A DNA stretch of 64,000 nt from Botryllus schlosseri (Eukaryota): contig CM119378.1 of the NCBI GenBank assembly GCA_051294905.1, positions 19,592,001 to 19,656,000 on the forward strand. The letters run 5' to 3'. Positions 13,414 through 26,151 of the stretch are shown here, one piece after another (position 1 is the stretch's first letter; the number at the start of each line of letters is the position of its first letter). The notes under the pieces are model-generated. The model made no database searches. It saw only the letters and a program-made list of their open reading frames with translations, and was not told where the DNA came from. The translations under genes and the position numbers were made by a program.

Positions 13414-15671
13414 ATAATGGTTAAGTCGATCTCGAAAACTATAAACTAGTCACACACAGACTTGGACAACTAGAAAATTTTCAGCTATTCAAAATTAGAT
13501 TAGCATCACATTACTAGCCTTTCGCTCACATTTAGTGAAATTAGACAACTAGAATTATCTAGTTATCCAAGTCTGGTAACACACAACAATTATTGTGACG
13601 ATCACGGAATATGTGTGATGTTTCGCCACCCATTATTACATGATCACAGTGAAAAGTCGTGGATTATAATACAAGCACACTAACGTTGGAAGAGGCAGCA
13701 TCTAACTGCAACGAAAAATTTGAAAATGAATTACGTCAGTGTATCCAAATACAATGCCAAACATAGATCGTATGGCTGCTGATGACCTGAAGCGAAAATC
13801 TACTACACTGTGCTAGTGTGCTATGAACCTAAAGTTAATGCGATCATTAAATTATGAAAATTGCGGCTGAAAATCATTACGGCGTGGCTTTGCAGCTGGG
13901 GACTTCCATAGTGTATGACACTCATTGTATACTTGCGAAGCCAATTCGCAAAATGGTTTGATTACAGACGAACATAATTTCATATTCAAAGAAATTTTTC
14001 CGAACTACCACGCGAATAATTATATTTTGGTTACGTAACGCTGGGACCGAAATCCATACATCCATTCATGGGTGTTATTTATCCAATTGTCCAAAGTAAG
14101 TCTTTACGCTGTTGTGAAAAGATGGCTATTTTCTCTCAGGCCTAAGATTTGATATATAAAACAGCCATGTGTGACCGGCGTGATATTGCAAAGTTAAAAA
14201 TGGATGAGCGGTAGCGGTAAACAACATTTTTTCACCCTGCGTTGCTGGCCAATATGCACCACTAATCCATCCAGGTATGCGTGGAATAGTTCTCTGAATT
14301 AAGCGATGTTTTACCTTTGAGCTTGGGCATGTATCGTATTCAGTGAACGAACAATGCGCGCAAATGATACAATTTGAGTGCGATCCTGTTTAATTTGGTT
14401 GTGTACCAAAACATCGCTAAAGAAATGACGAACACGTAAGGTATTTACGTACGTCAGTAGCGTTGTAGTTGGATAACAACGCAAGGATAAGAATACAGCT
14501 TGGGATTATCCCTATTCTGATTACGGATGGTCCACCCTTTGTACAAACGAGAAAAAGTACAAATGCCCTCGTCGTAAGAAATACTAAACTATTCTTCAGG
14601 TCAATAAGCTTGAAATTCAAGATAGCGAGATAGCTCTTAGTCTATGGCCGGCATGTGACCCTTATGTTAGACAGTCTCATAAAAATTAAGCATACCACAA
14701 GTACACTTCTTAATTTTGCTGAGCCACCACGTGATGTCGGTAAAATCAAGTCACCCACATTGAGAAGCAATCATCTGGGTCATATTGTGTTGTTCGTAGA
14801 ACATATATTTGCAGCACACAGCTGGAAATGTATGTACTGTATGTCAGTGACGCCAATTAGGTAGCGAGCCTTATACAATGAGGTTACGTCTTTATTTACC
14901 TGCATGGCTCCCCAATGGACACAATATTTACATCAAGTTATACGTATATTGCATAGCAATTCCAGGAAGGCCAACAATCTTTCAAAGGCGCATGACTAAC
15001 TGCGATCTCGATAAAATTTCCGAGTTTTCCCGAATCGGACTGGATCCACGAGCTCCAACTGTGTCAAGAGTTCAAGTGTCGTGATCTACCTATAAATCAC
15101 CGATAGACTTTATCACAAACAACTGTTGTTCTCAAACGAATTCGCAATCTGTTTTCAGGTTTCGATGTCCCCAAACCGTCAGGGTTAATCCGATTATGAC
15201 GCGCTCACCCGATAGGTTCCGTGAATGTGATCCATGGCAGGGAGATGAAAGTATTTGTCACAACGAGAAGCCACATCGAAATATGCATGGTTTACAACAG
15301 TACGCTACCCGCAAAAGCATGTATACATGAAAACACCCCAAGATCAGTTCAAATCAATTGTAAGTGAGATTTCGTGACTGTCAGGGTAAAAATAATGGCC
15401 CGTACAGTCGCCTAATAATTTGTAGATAACGCGGGGTGTCTGAAGGGAAATGAGTCGATTTTATATTGACATAACAGAACGACTGTCTGTCAATTATGCC
15501 GTCTTGACCCAGTGCTTTGGGTAAAATCAAAATAAGGCCTGGTGTTTCGCAATGACAAAGCCTCAAAAACCCCTAATCCAAAGGGCACAATGTGCCGTGT
15601 TAAAAATTAATTGCCAATCAACCGACTACCAGCAGTGTAAATAATTATAGTTGCTAGTTAATCCTCTAGTT

Positions 15672-17279
15672 CAGGGGTTCTCAACTTTCCTTGTATCACG
15701 GGCCGCATTTGGACAGAAAAAGACGCTGCGGGCCGCAGAAAATTTTTACCTTGTATTTGTGGTCTAATATTAAATGTAGTCTTCTGTAGCCTATTTGCCA
15801 GTCGTATACGGGCATTTAGCACATTTTTATGCTTTCCAACACATTAATGGACGACGTTCGTAAGTTTGCAGTTGCTTTTTTGTGAGAATATGCATCTGTC
15901 AGCGGTGCAAGTAATTCCATTCATGGAGCGTGCATTGCATTCGTTGCCAAGTCGGTATATGAGAGAGAGAAATATTTATTGATATGTCCAACCGTAAAGA
16001 AAATTTGACCAACCGTAAAGAAAATAACATTGTTTCAGGAAATCATAACTAGTTACAACTTGAGAGCGTAGGACAGGGTGCGATAGATATGACTCTTGTT
16101 CGGGTCAACTGGTCTGATCACACCTTCAAACCCTGTTTCATTGCGTGAGTGAGCAAGTATAATTACGGTAACTTTTTCGTTACAGAGGCCATTATCACTT
16201 TGAGCTCTCAGTGATATGAGAAGAAGTCAGGCGTTCGGGGTCATTCATGAGCAAACCAATCAACCCTTCTTTCCTACCATGGTTGTAGCCCTGCCCCAAT
16301 AGTTACAGAAGTCAGCTTTGTCAAGTCGATGATTTACGCTGGTCCCCTCTCCACGTTTGCCATGCCAGCATTTACTCTGCAAATATGTCCACTCCGAAGA
16401 AATGCACCCAGATAATTAGCTATGCAATGTCTGTGGAGTCTGTGGATTCGTCCAATACTAGGCGGCTAAAGTGAGTCTATACGCGGCAACATGTTTCAGA
16501 ACATGCGATAAAAGATCGAATGATATTGCTGTTACTCTTCTGGTCACTGTTTAATCAGATAACTGTAGCTTCGAATTTTGTAAGGTGATGTTGTCCTTGC
16601 TGCTAAGCTTCGGAAACAGTGAATATTTGCACATTATGTTAAAGTTTTATTCCAATAACAACTTCTCTAGGATATTTTTGGGTTTAGCGTTATACCATGC
16701 AATTCTGGAGGATGCATCTGTACCGTCGTCTCGTCGGCAATTGTGACAACTCCTCTAAATATGGATTTCCGGCTTGACACCTAGCTGGTAACGTTTTCTC
16801 AGATCAGCCGATGTGTATGACTATACAGAAGAAACTGTCGTGGCATCATTTTAAGCTTCTACGCTTCGCTACGACAGCTGTTCTTCGACACATATGACAC
16901 AGCGGTTTTCAATCAATATCTGAGAGAACAAATTCATTTTTCCACGCAGAGTTACAAATTCAGTTTTCGCTGTTTAATTTCCCGTTCCTTGTTCTTGTTT
17001 CTGCTCAAACCATTCACGGCGAGGGAAGCACTCTTTAAAAATGTACGACACAGAGCGATTCTCTTGAACAAGAGTCCAGCCGAATACCCATTCAAAACAA
17101 TAGGCCTAACAATCAACTCGAGCATATATCAAGAAACTAGAACACAACAATGAGTAATCAATTACAATTACAAATACAATTACATGTAACAATACAGTGT
17201 CAGTAGTAATTGCGTTCATAATGAAAGATGTCGCGGGCCGCAAAATAACCGTCTGCGGGCCGCGGGTTGAGAACCCCTG
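15672..17279 (-). mobile_element. Internally deleted hAT (Buster/SPIN/GTF2IRD2-like) transposon
   Basis: Perfect TIR CAGGGGTTCTCAAC...GTTGAGAACCCCTG and perfect 8-bp TSD CTCTAGTT (15664-15671, 17280-17287). Minus-strand relics: WKNEF...KPLCHMC (N-terminal Zn finger), LQLSD*TVTRRV, LVLDESTDSTDIA*LIIW (catalytic D), and a TxGA-x-TMVGKKG-like segment. Confidence 0.95.
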
Positions 17280-17589
17280 CTCTAGTTTACCGGGTCACAA
17301 CCTGACATATCGATCTCGTCTTCCGACACATGCCACCATAAATTTTGTCACTTGTCCTTTTGTATTATCTTCTTCTACTTTTCATTCAGTGTGTAATGCC
17401 TCCGTTGTTACATCGCTACTCCTAGTCGTTTCGACACCTTCCTATCTTTCAGCGTATCGCAGTCTTGTGGTGCATTGTGAAATGATGAACATTGTGGCAA
17501 ATTGAATAGAATTGAAATGTTCGAGTGGTGGAGTTTTATATATATATAAGGTTTATTTATGCTACTCTCATAACGAATGTAGGCCGAGC

Positions 17590-18050
17590 TATACGTCACC
17601 AGCTCAGGAATTATAATACGATCGTCGGCCTGGTGTAGAAGGACAATATATGTCGAACCACCATACTAAACAACAACAACATACCAGCGGACGCGATACG
17701 CTACAACGAACAGTCCTTGAGCACATCTACAGATTTTGAAACAAGAGATATGAAGAACCCGAAGTTGACCGTGCTCACCGAACCAAATCGATAAACCACG
17801 ACGTGACGCAAAAGATCGCATTGCCTGCATTTTTGCGCTACGAATGTGAAGAAGAACAACAAGCTACAATTCCGTTAATAGAATACATCTATTTGTAGTG
17901 GGATTTTCTTCCAACCGCGACCACCATCCGTACAGACAGGTACAGTCGGAGAAAGGAATCCGTCATATTTTTACACTGTGTGTAAGCGAAAGCCGCGACA
18001 TCTGCGTCGCGCGAGAAAAGAGGAGGATGTATAGACTGTATGAAAAAATG
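17590..18050 (+). mobile_element. Decayed L1/Tx1-like LINE ORF1 fragment
   Basis: Plus strand: RNYNTIVGL..VEG (cf. RRNNxRIxGxPE), then EPEVDRAHRTK...PAFLRYECEE (cf. ExxRAHR...IIxRFLRY) and EKGIRHIF. Confidence 0.55.
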
Positions 18051-19220
18051 CACGATACATCTCGCGACAACTGTCTGCAACGAACGTGAAACGAGTTCTA
18101 TTTTAGTGATACGTTTATGTTGCTCGCCTGACGCCGCTAAGGAGAATTTTCGAGGTGACCTACTTAGTCGTAATGGAACGGCAAGCAACATAGTCAGTTT
18201 TCCATGTTCGAGGCATAAAACAATCAATTTGAGTTGTACTGCGCGTATGCCCTGTTGCCCTCTGATACAACAGAAAACTCATTTGGGTCACTGTTCGACT
18301 AGTGCAGACTTTGAATACTGGGTGTTAGTCTAATATTGCATGGACACATGCAAAATATTATTGTGCGGATATGCACCGCTAATATATATACTGGGTGTAC
18401 CCGCAGTCTCTCATGTGCTAACAGCGTGATAACCAAACCGATAATGCGCCCTAGTATAATTGCATTGTTCACCTTCCAATTGCATCCGTTGATGACACAC
18501 AATATACAATGTGATACACAAAACACAATGCTATCTATAATGAACTGATAGTATTATAGCATGTCCAAACGACTATGTACTTGTACACGGTACAGTTTCT
18601 ATCTCGGCCCAATGTCCGATGTAAAATTGTTCAATTTTAATCTTCCGTGGTCACTAGTCGGTGTTTACCTCAGATTAACGATTAAAAGAACCCTGTCGAA
18701 TTAATCCAACCCGCGTTCAACATCAAGTATTGTAAACATGAAGGCCTAGACGGGCATTAGGCATGGATCATGCTAATAACAAAATGCATCTGGCGCCTAA
18801 TTAGCTTCTTGTTACTGTGGATTGACGGCAGAATTGTTTAGCTTAGGCTGCGCAGAATCGCCTTCATGCGACAAGTTCGGCGTTTCCGAAACAACAGTTT
18901 GAAGTGTCGAAAATTACAATTTTATTGCACATTTGTCATCGAATTTCCCTAACATCCCGAATTCCTTTCACATCAATTAACCTATTGCTTTAACCAGATT
19001 TATCGACAGCATTCGCGAAATTCGTGATACCGGACAACCATAAGCTGATTTGAAGTAAGTTGGAATGAATTATAATAATCTGTGGTGTAAAAGGCCAACA
19101 ATGGCGATAAGCATCACCTTAATGCACAATAATGATAACATGAATGCGAACTAAACGATCGATGATATCTCAACGATTCCATTTAGTCAAAAGGTAGTCG
19201 GCATAGCATCTCGTTCCAAC

Positions 19221-20383
19221 GGTTGCCGGAGAACCCGTCCCTTGGAGAACCCGTCCCTACCAACTCGGCCCTCGAAGAACCCGGCCCTCGGTGAATTCCT
19301 CGGGAAATTTAGAAATTAAGTGTATTCACAAGTATTAATATGAATTAATAAAGTAATAATGTTATTATCAACTGATTTGTCGGTCTTGTAAGGAGCTCAG
19401 GAGCTCAGGGCATACGTAGGTCACGCAGTTACGGCGTGGGATATTAGGGTTGCCAGAGGTGGGATATTAGGGTTGGTGGAGGTGGGATATTAGGGTTGCC
19501 GGAGGTGGGTTTTAGGGTTGGTGGAGGTGGGATATTATGGTTGCCGGAGGTGGGATATTAGGGTTGGTGGAGGTGGGATATTAGGGTTGACGGAGGTGAG
19601 ATATTAGGGTTGGGGGAAGGGGATATGAGGGTTGGGGGAGGTGGGATATTAGGGTTGCCGGAGGTGGGATATTAGGGTTGCCAGAGGTGGGATATTAGGG
19701 TTGGTGGAGGTGGGATATTAGGGTTGCCGGAGGTGGGATATTAGGGTTGCCGGAGGTGGGATATTAGGGTTGGGGGTTAGGGTTGGTGGAGGTGGGATAT
19801 TAGGGTTGCCGGGGGTGGGATATTAGGGTTCCCGGGGGTGGGATATTAGGGTTGCTGGAGGTGGGATATTAGGGTTGGGGGAGCGGGATATTAGGGTTGG
19901 GGGAGGTGGGATATTAGGGTTGCCGGAGGTGGGATATTAGGGTTGCCGGAGGTGGGATATTAGGGTTGCCGGAGGTGGGATATTAGGGTTGGGGGAGCGG
20001 GATATTAGGGTTGGGGGAAGTGGGATATTAGGGTTGCCGGGGTGGGATATTAGGGTTGCCGGGGTGGGATATTAGGGTTGCCGAAGGTGGGATATTAGGG
20101 TTGCCGGAGGTGGGATATTAGGGTTAGGATATTAGGATTGCCGGTGAATACAAAATTTCCCGAGGGCCGGGTACACATTTAATGCATTTTTAATTCAAAA
20201 TTGTTCGAGGGCCGCATTCACCGAGGTCCAGAGTAGTCGAAAAACACCGTTAATACCACAACAAGTAGACCACGCGTGCTTGATATGCAAAATTTCCCGA
20301 GGGCCGGGTTCTCCAAGGGCCGGGTTCTCCGAGGGCCGAGTTGGTAGGGACGGGTTCTCCAAGGGACGGGTTCTCTGGTAATC
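19221..20383. mobile_element. Foldback-like TIR element (Merlin- or MULE-like ends) carrying a telomere-like minisatellite
   Basis: Arms of ~70-90 bp built from GGAGAACCCGTCCCTT / CCAACTCGGCCCTCG / GAACCCGGCCCTCG units are inverted at the two ends. Flanking direct repeat is GTTCCAAC (19213-19220, 20384-20391); identity extends to 10 bp (TCGTTCCAAC). Confidence 0.9.
19437..20143 (+). repeat. G-rich 23-bp minisatellite GGAGGTGGGATATTAGGGTT(GCC/GGT/GGG), ~30 units
   Basis: Read directly. Nearly every unit contains TTAGGG, and the G/C strand asymmetry is strong. Confidence 0.98.
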
Positions 20384-20759
20384 GTTCCAACAAGCCTGGT
20401 CTCAACTTATAGAAAAAAACGCCTGGTGAACCATACAGTGTCAACAGTAGCCATTTGTTAACAATCAAGTTCAACAAATCACTGCTGTTTGACTTGAGGT
20501 CATACATATGGATGTACCAAGACACGCATATCGCAAGTTCCAGCTGTGATTTATTTTATTGTAAAGCTTACAGTGTAAACGAAGATCGCAATCGCATTAC
20601 CATCGCAATGTGACTGTCAAACTTGACATATCAAACTGGATTTGATGTACAGGAACAATTAGCTTGCGCGAGAAGCTCAAAATGAATTTGGTCGATGCGC
20701 CTGGCGAGACTGATTAAAATACAGTCATCCTGGATTCCTGGGTGCATAACCAGAATAAA

Positions 20760-21249
20760 GGGGATATAGGGTTCAACAACAATGTTACATCGCGGATGAG
20801 CTGCGATGCAATGAACGGAAATAACATGGCAGTGTCCAACACCGTTTATTTTTGGGGCGAGACAGGATCGTCTGCTGTATACCCTGGTTCCGCCAGTGAT
20901 GACGATTACATAACGTCACAATGCTCGCAATTCCAACGAATCGAGGAATCCATGCGTTTAGTATTGTAAGTTGTAACACGGCGCAAAATAACCATTTCTC
21001 CGTTTGCATCATCAAAACACAGCAATGACTTCATCAATCAGACAACTATCCGTTGTACTAGAGCCGGGGTGATTCCCAGTCTACTCCAGACCGTTCCGCC
21101 ACGCAAAGCTCACAATAACACACATTACGTAATCTCCCGAATACCCCGCACTGTTTTTTTTCGGATGGATACTGCGCAGTTGCGAAGGCAAAGTAAAGAA
21201 CGCACCAGCAAAATAGCGCGAATCTAAAAATACACCGGTTACTGACCAA
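20760..21249 (-). pseudogene. Possible decayed secreted/receptor N-terminus (signal peptide plus somatomedin-B-like Cys motif)
   Basis: ORF 21058..21249 reads hydrophobic FRFALFCWCVLYFAFATA then KQCGVFGRLRNVCYCELC (cf. SMB RCG-x(n)-CxCDxxC). Downstream are DPVS and a (C)ARCN-like HPRCN relic across stops. Confidence 0.3.
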
Positions 21250-21625
21250 GTGAAATGACCGGCACGTATACAGTTATATAGTATCTGTATTCTATCATGT
21301 GTCTGTCATGTAAAAAAGAATGACTTTTACGGCTGACGAGAGACAGTCAGTTCAGAGACGTGACATGGTAAAAACTGCGTCATTATGAGAGTGACCCGTA
21401 TTTGAAAGGTGATGCTTGCCTACGAAATTGTAGATATTATTTAAATATTATTGTCTGGAAGAAGGTCCACAGCGATCACTATTAAGTTTACCAAAATCTG
21501 ACAAGCGCTGACCGGTGCTTGTTACTTAAAATGTGTCTTTATTTTGTGTATTCGCAAATTAAAATTCACCCTACATAATGGACATTGGGGCTTTTCCCTT
21601 GTGCGTAAAGACGCCGTAGCTCATG

Positions 21626-22243
21626 CAGTGGTTCTCAGCCTTTTTAACTTGCGGACCGGTAATATTTAAACACGAATTTTGCGGACAAGTGAACTTCCAC
21701 AAAATCAAAATCAACCCTGAATGTAGTTACGACCGAAGTATATGACTCAAAACGAATAATCGGAACCTTAATTTAGGAAGAAATTCACAGTTGACATTTC
21801 TGCAAGGCGAAGTCCTATTAAAACAACCGACTAGATTTTGAATGCTGTGTTTCTTTTGAAAGAAATGCGACTTCACTTTTGCTACATTCTATTTTAATGT
21901 CAAGTGTCGCTTAATTATAATGCAATGTCAAATTTTGCATAAAGATAGTCTTTTTTGCTTTCACATACTGTATTACTAGTGTTAAACCGTAGTTGTAGTC
22001 CACTTTAAAGAATTTGGTACAACACTTACTGTACTGTGACGTGGGATAAATAGAAAGTAGACCATGAACTTTATATCTATTCAGAAAGCGTTGAAAATGT
22101 CTACATCAGTTTAAAATTTGGGTTTCCATTTCTGCAATAAATGGACAAGCCTCCAATCTCTTACATTTCAAGATCGAGAATAAAATATAAATATATTTGG
22201 CGGAACGGTAGGAAAGTTAACGCGGTCCAGAAAGACTGCCCTG
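21626..22243. mobile_element. Old hAT/Charlie-type MITE
   Basis: Left end CAGTGGTTCTCAGCC with GCGGACCGG subterminal motifs. Right end is degenerate (GCGGTCC...GCCCTG). No TSD match. Confidence 0.5.
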
Positions 22244-22429
22244 CCTCAAACCCAATCTAGAGTTTGTGACGTCATTATCATTGAGGCGAACGGTTTATTA
22301 CCACTTGTCAAGTACGATAAGGTGAGTTTGCCATTATGACAGTTTCTTCTTACCCATCACGCCAGTGTATCTAAATTCAACACGTCAACACAATAAGAAT
22401 CGCTAACATCGATTCAATACTTGGCGTGA

Positions 22430-22920
22430 GAAGTGAAAACGGTACCGATTTTGGGCTGATACGATCAGACTTTAGCGCTTATCGTGACTACCCGGTGTGC
22501 GTACGCTTCCAGCCTACGCATGTCCGCGATACAGTGCTTCTTATCGTAAACGATCAGTGCCGCGTGGCGCATATATTTGCCGCATATGCCTGCTGTGGTG
22601 TTATTGAAGGACTACGTATGCAAATTGCAAACTTTCTCCAATGTGAAATTCGATTGGGTTCTTATCAGGAAAGCGGGGAAATTGAACAAAATGAAGCTGC
22701 TAGCGTGCCATCATCCACTACTAAATCTATCAGAGGTTGAGTCGCTATGCGTTAACAGTCTCAGAGCTCGTATTTTCTACAGACCCTACCGTGTGATTTC
22801 AGTGAAATCAAAGATCAAAGTGCCACCGTGATAGCGTAGAAGTACCGGTATTTGTATCATGTCATTGTTGGTGTTGCATGTATATAGTTATGCTCGCTAC
22901 GGATACACAATGCCAGCATG
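22430..22920 (+). mobile_element. Possible decayed piggyBac-like transposase C-terminal fragment
   Basis: Across frameshifts: GTDF..DQT.SAYR (cf. GVDxxDQxxxxYR), AAWRIY, GLRMQIANFL (cf. FRxxIAxxL), and an LVLH-like cysteine-rich-tail relic. No TTAA ends identified. Confidence 0.35.
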
Positions 22921-25900
22921 TAGCGGCTATGCCAGAAGATGACAAAAGGCGGCCTTTCCGCGACCATTTTCAATTTGGACATTGTGGAGTCACCTAGTAT
23001 CATACGCAATTCCAACTCGATGATGACGCTCCTAGTCCTGCTAATTTTAATTTCAGTCTCAGCCGTCGATCGAGTAATGGGTATGCTGGTATCTCAACTG
23101 TAATGTTCGGCATAATTCGATGATCCTTTATCCTCTAAAATTAGATCAAATGCCTTCATATCGAACTATATTATCACCGACATACCATGTGGTAAACCCC
23201 ACCATGACTCACAACGAGTATCGTAAGACTCGCTATCGTTTTAACTTCAATTACCAGCGGCATTTACTCGCGGTCATGAGCTATTTATATCGACGTGAAA
23301 GGGCGAGAAATTGGTCTAGCACAATATTCTCCACAGTGTTGACAATATTTTGTATACGGAAGTCGCCAGGTATACGGTTCGGATACGAGCCCGGGCCGAA
23401 GGAGATGTAAAACTGCTTCACGAATACCCACTTGTATGCTGCTGCAATCACTGTATATTTTGAATCCATCGCCCGCCGCACGACAATAACATTGCTATTG
23501 CAACATTGTGTTCTATGTATCAGTCGATTGCTATTCGCCATGTATGATATATACATCATGATGCGTGGCTGTAAAGGGCAAAGCGAAATGTCTAGCTTTG
23601 TTGTAAGAAGATGTCAATCTGGAATTCTTGGAATCGAAGTAATTATATGCTTTGACGGCAAACGACATATAGTCGATATTCCAATATTTTTGCCGAGCTA
23701 CATATCGCTGGTTGTTTGAAATTATAATAGCAACTTATTTGAGTCCATTGTGGGGTGTTAGAAATTAAATTGGCATTCCGATGAGTATACCGAATTTCTT
23801 CCATCTCGTAGGTAGAGCGTATAAATGGGGCCTCATTGACATAAAGCACTCAGGTCACACCGGCATACCGATAGGTTCACAACGTTCACGCAATGCATTT
23901 ATAGCCCCGCCTCCGCAAAAGCGTTCACAACTCGTGTTGAGTGTAATCCGGTTAATAGTGGCCATAATATGTCTCATCTAGAAAGTTCTCACTAGCCCTT
24001 TGCCAAGCTGCGAAATAAAATTACTTTGAATTCAGGAGATGCGATGCCGGATTATAATATTTCAGGGATTGGAAGTTATTATATAGGCGTGGCTGAACCG
24101 TTAGCAAAATGCCAATACTTGTTTCAGCATTTGACAAAATCCCGGAATGTTTGAGCGCAAACGGAATTATAGCCTGCAACAACCGATCCTTAATATGGTT
24201 GCAATTGCACTTCTAGCACGACATACCGTTTGACTAATATTCAAATTATCCAAGTAATTATCCAAATATTAACTTTACAGCTTGGTACTCAAGTGTACAA
24301 TGATATTTATCTCATTCCCGTCTGAATTACATATAGAACAGAGAAATTATTGCATATTTCATGGTTATCCGACTATATCTCCCCATTCGAATGTTTCAAG
24401 CAATGTGAAATACCAAATAGCCTACTTTCTTTACAATATTAGTAGACCTAATATTATTAACCAGAAATCACTAAATATCTTGGAATATAACAAACGAAGT
24501 CACAACAATGTAAATGGCAACGCGATGTTTCAACTTTTTACATCCTCAATTACAGACTCGCCATCGTAATCGGGAGCATGCACTTCCCCCAATGTATGTG
24601 TTTAAACAATAGCTGAAAAATCACAAAGACTGCTTATGGATCCTGTTCACGACTGGAGACGAGTATAGTGTGTCTACATAGCGTGAGTGCAGACTTCGAG
24701 CATTTCTCATGCATCTACAAATTCTACATCGCACAATATGGTTATGAAACACAGTCAGCTAAGCGGGGACGGCAGTGTTCCGCTTTATTGGCAATGGCAT
24801 GTTCTCAATGATCCATTAGAAACGACAGGGACTGAGTCCCAATTTCTGAACACTCATTATCATTACCTGTACCAAGACCGCAAGAGGTAATGGTGATGAT
24901 AAATCGCTACATTACCGATGTAAAACGGCTCCGAAAATAGAAAGAGTTTGAAATTTGTCGCAAAGCCTGACATTTACTATCAGAGAAAACGGTAACCGGT
25001 GGTGGTATAGGTGCAGTCAAGGGATAAAATATACTCTGACCTGTATACGATCACTCCACGATTACGCCGTGTCAATGGAAAAGTTACGTCACCATATAGC
25101 TTCCACATTTCCCTGCATATGGTCCTTTAGGTGTCGTGGTATCAAATGTCAACTATGTATAATTCTTGAGGTGCAAACTAACGTTCGCTCCTGATGAAAG
25201 CCAGTCGAAAAGCTTTGAGTGGAATAAAGTTGAAAATACGAACGTATTGTTTGCCGGTCGTTTCGAAATCACACTATATGTTTATAATATCGCATTGTAC
25301 ACTGTGTGTCATGAGCAAATTAAAATATAAATGCCTACTATTACTGCGAACATCCCTCATATGCAATTCGGGGATTCGGAGTTATGATCAACCTTAGGCC
25401 GCTATCGCGCTTAATGAACCGCGGAGGCCACACCTTAGTAAAAACAGATTCTGCGAATTCGAGCATGTATAAATCTTAACAACAGCGCAATTATCTTGCA
25501 GTGAAATTTTAACACAAATACACACCTCCGTTAACGGACCAGTGCGGTCAGCACGGGACTATACTTTGTCGGTTCAATTAAGGAATCATAATTACCGACG
25601 GCCAACACTAATTTGAGAGTTGAGAATGCCCAATGACAATGAGCGACGGATCTCAAAACTGTCATCAATCATAATTGCAAACATTGATTCAACTTATCGC
25701 AGCAGAAAATTACGCGCCAATTCGCCGTTAAGTCCCGGATATCGGGCTGAAATAACACTCTTACGCGACGAACATAACAGAATGGTACGATATTACAGTT
25801 TTTGTGTGACCGACAAATTAAAATACACCGTTCAAACGCGACAATTAACCGGACTCCGCTATTACGGTCACGATGGTTTTGTTCAAGTATTTATTATCTG

Positions 25901-26151
25901 TTCTTCTGTAAAAAAATTACAAAGGTTCCTATTATAGAAAATACAAAATTATGCTGTAGTTCTAATAATGACCACAGTGGAGGGGAACATTAATCAAACC
26001 AGTCCGAAATTACTTCTAATGTTGCAAATATCGGTATGTGCGTATGTTAGAGGAGCTGGTGTATTCATTGTCTCGATCGAAGAGTACATCCATACTGTGT
26101 AACTATTTCAAGCTTATCAGTAATCTATTGGCACTGTCGCTGTTAAAGGTA

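Noticed and set aside
19437-20143. CRISPR array or true telomere
   Set aside because: There are no unique spacers, units are contiguous 23-mers, the context is eukaryotic, and the array is internal and bounded by TIRs.
24690-25300. LINE endonuclease relic (YLYQDRKR.., TGGGIG)
   Set aside because: Only two short motifs that need several frameshifts, too weak to list as a feature. An Exo_endo_phos HMM search would decide.
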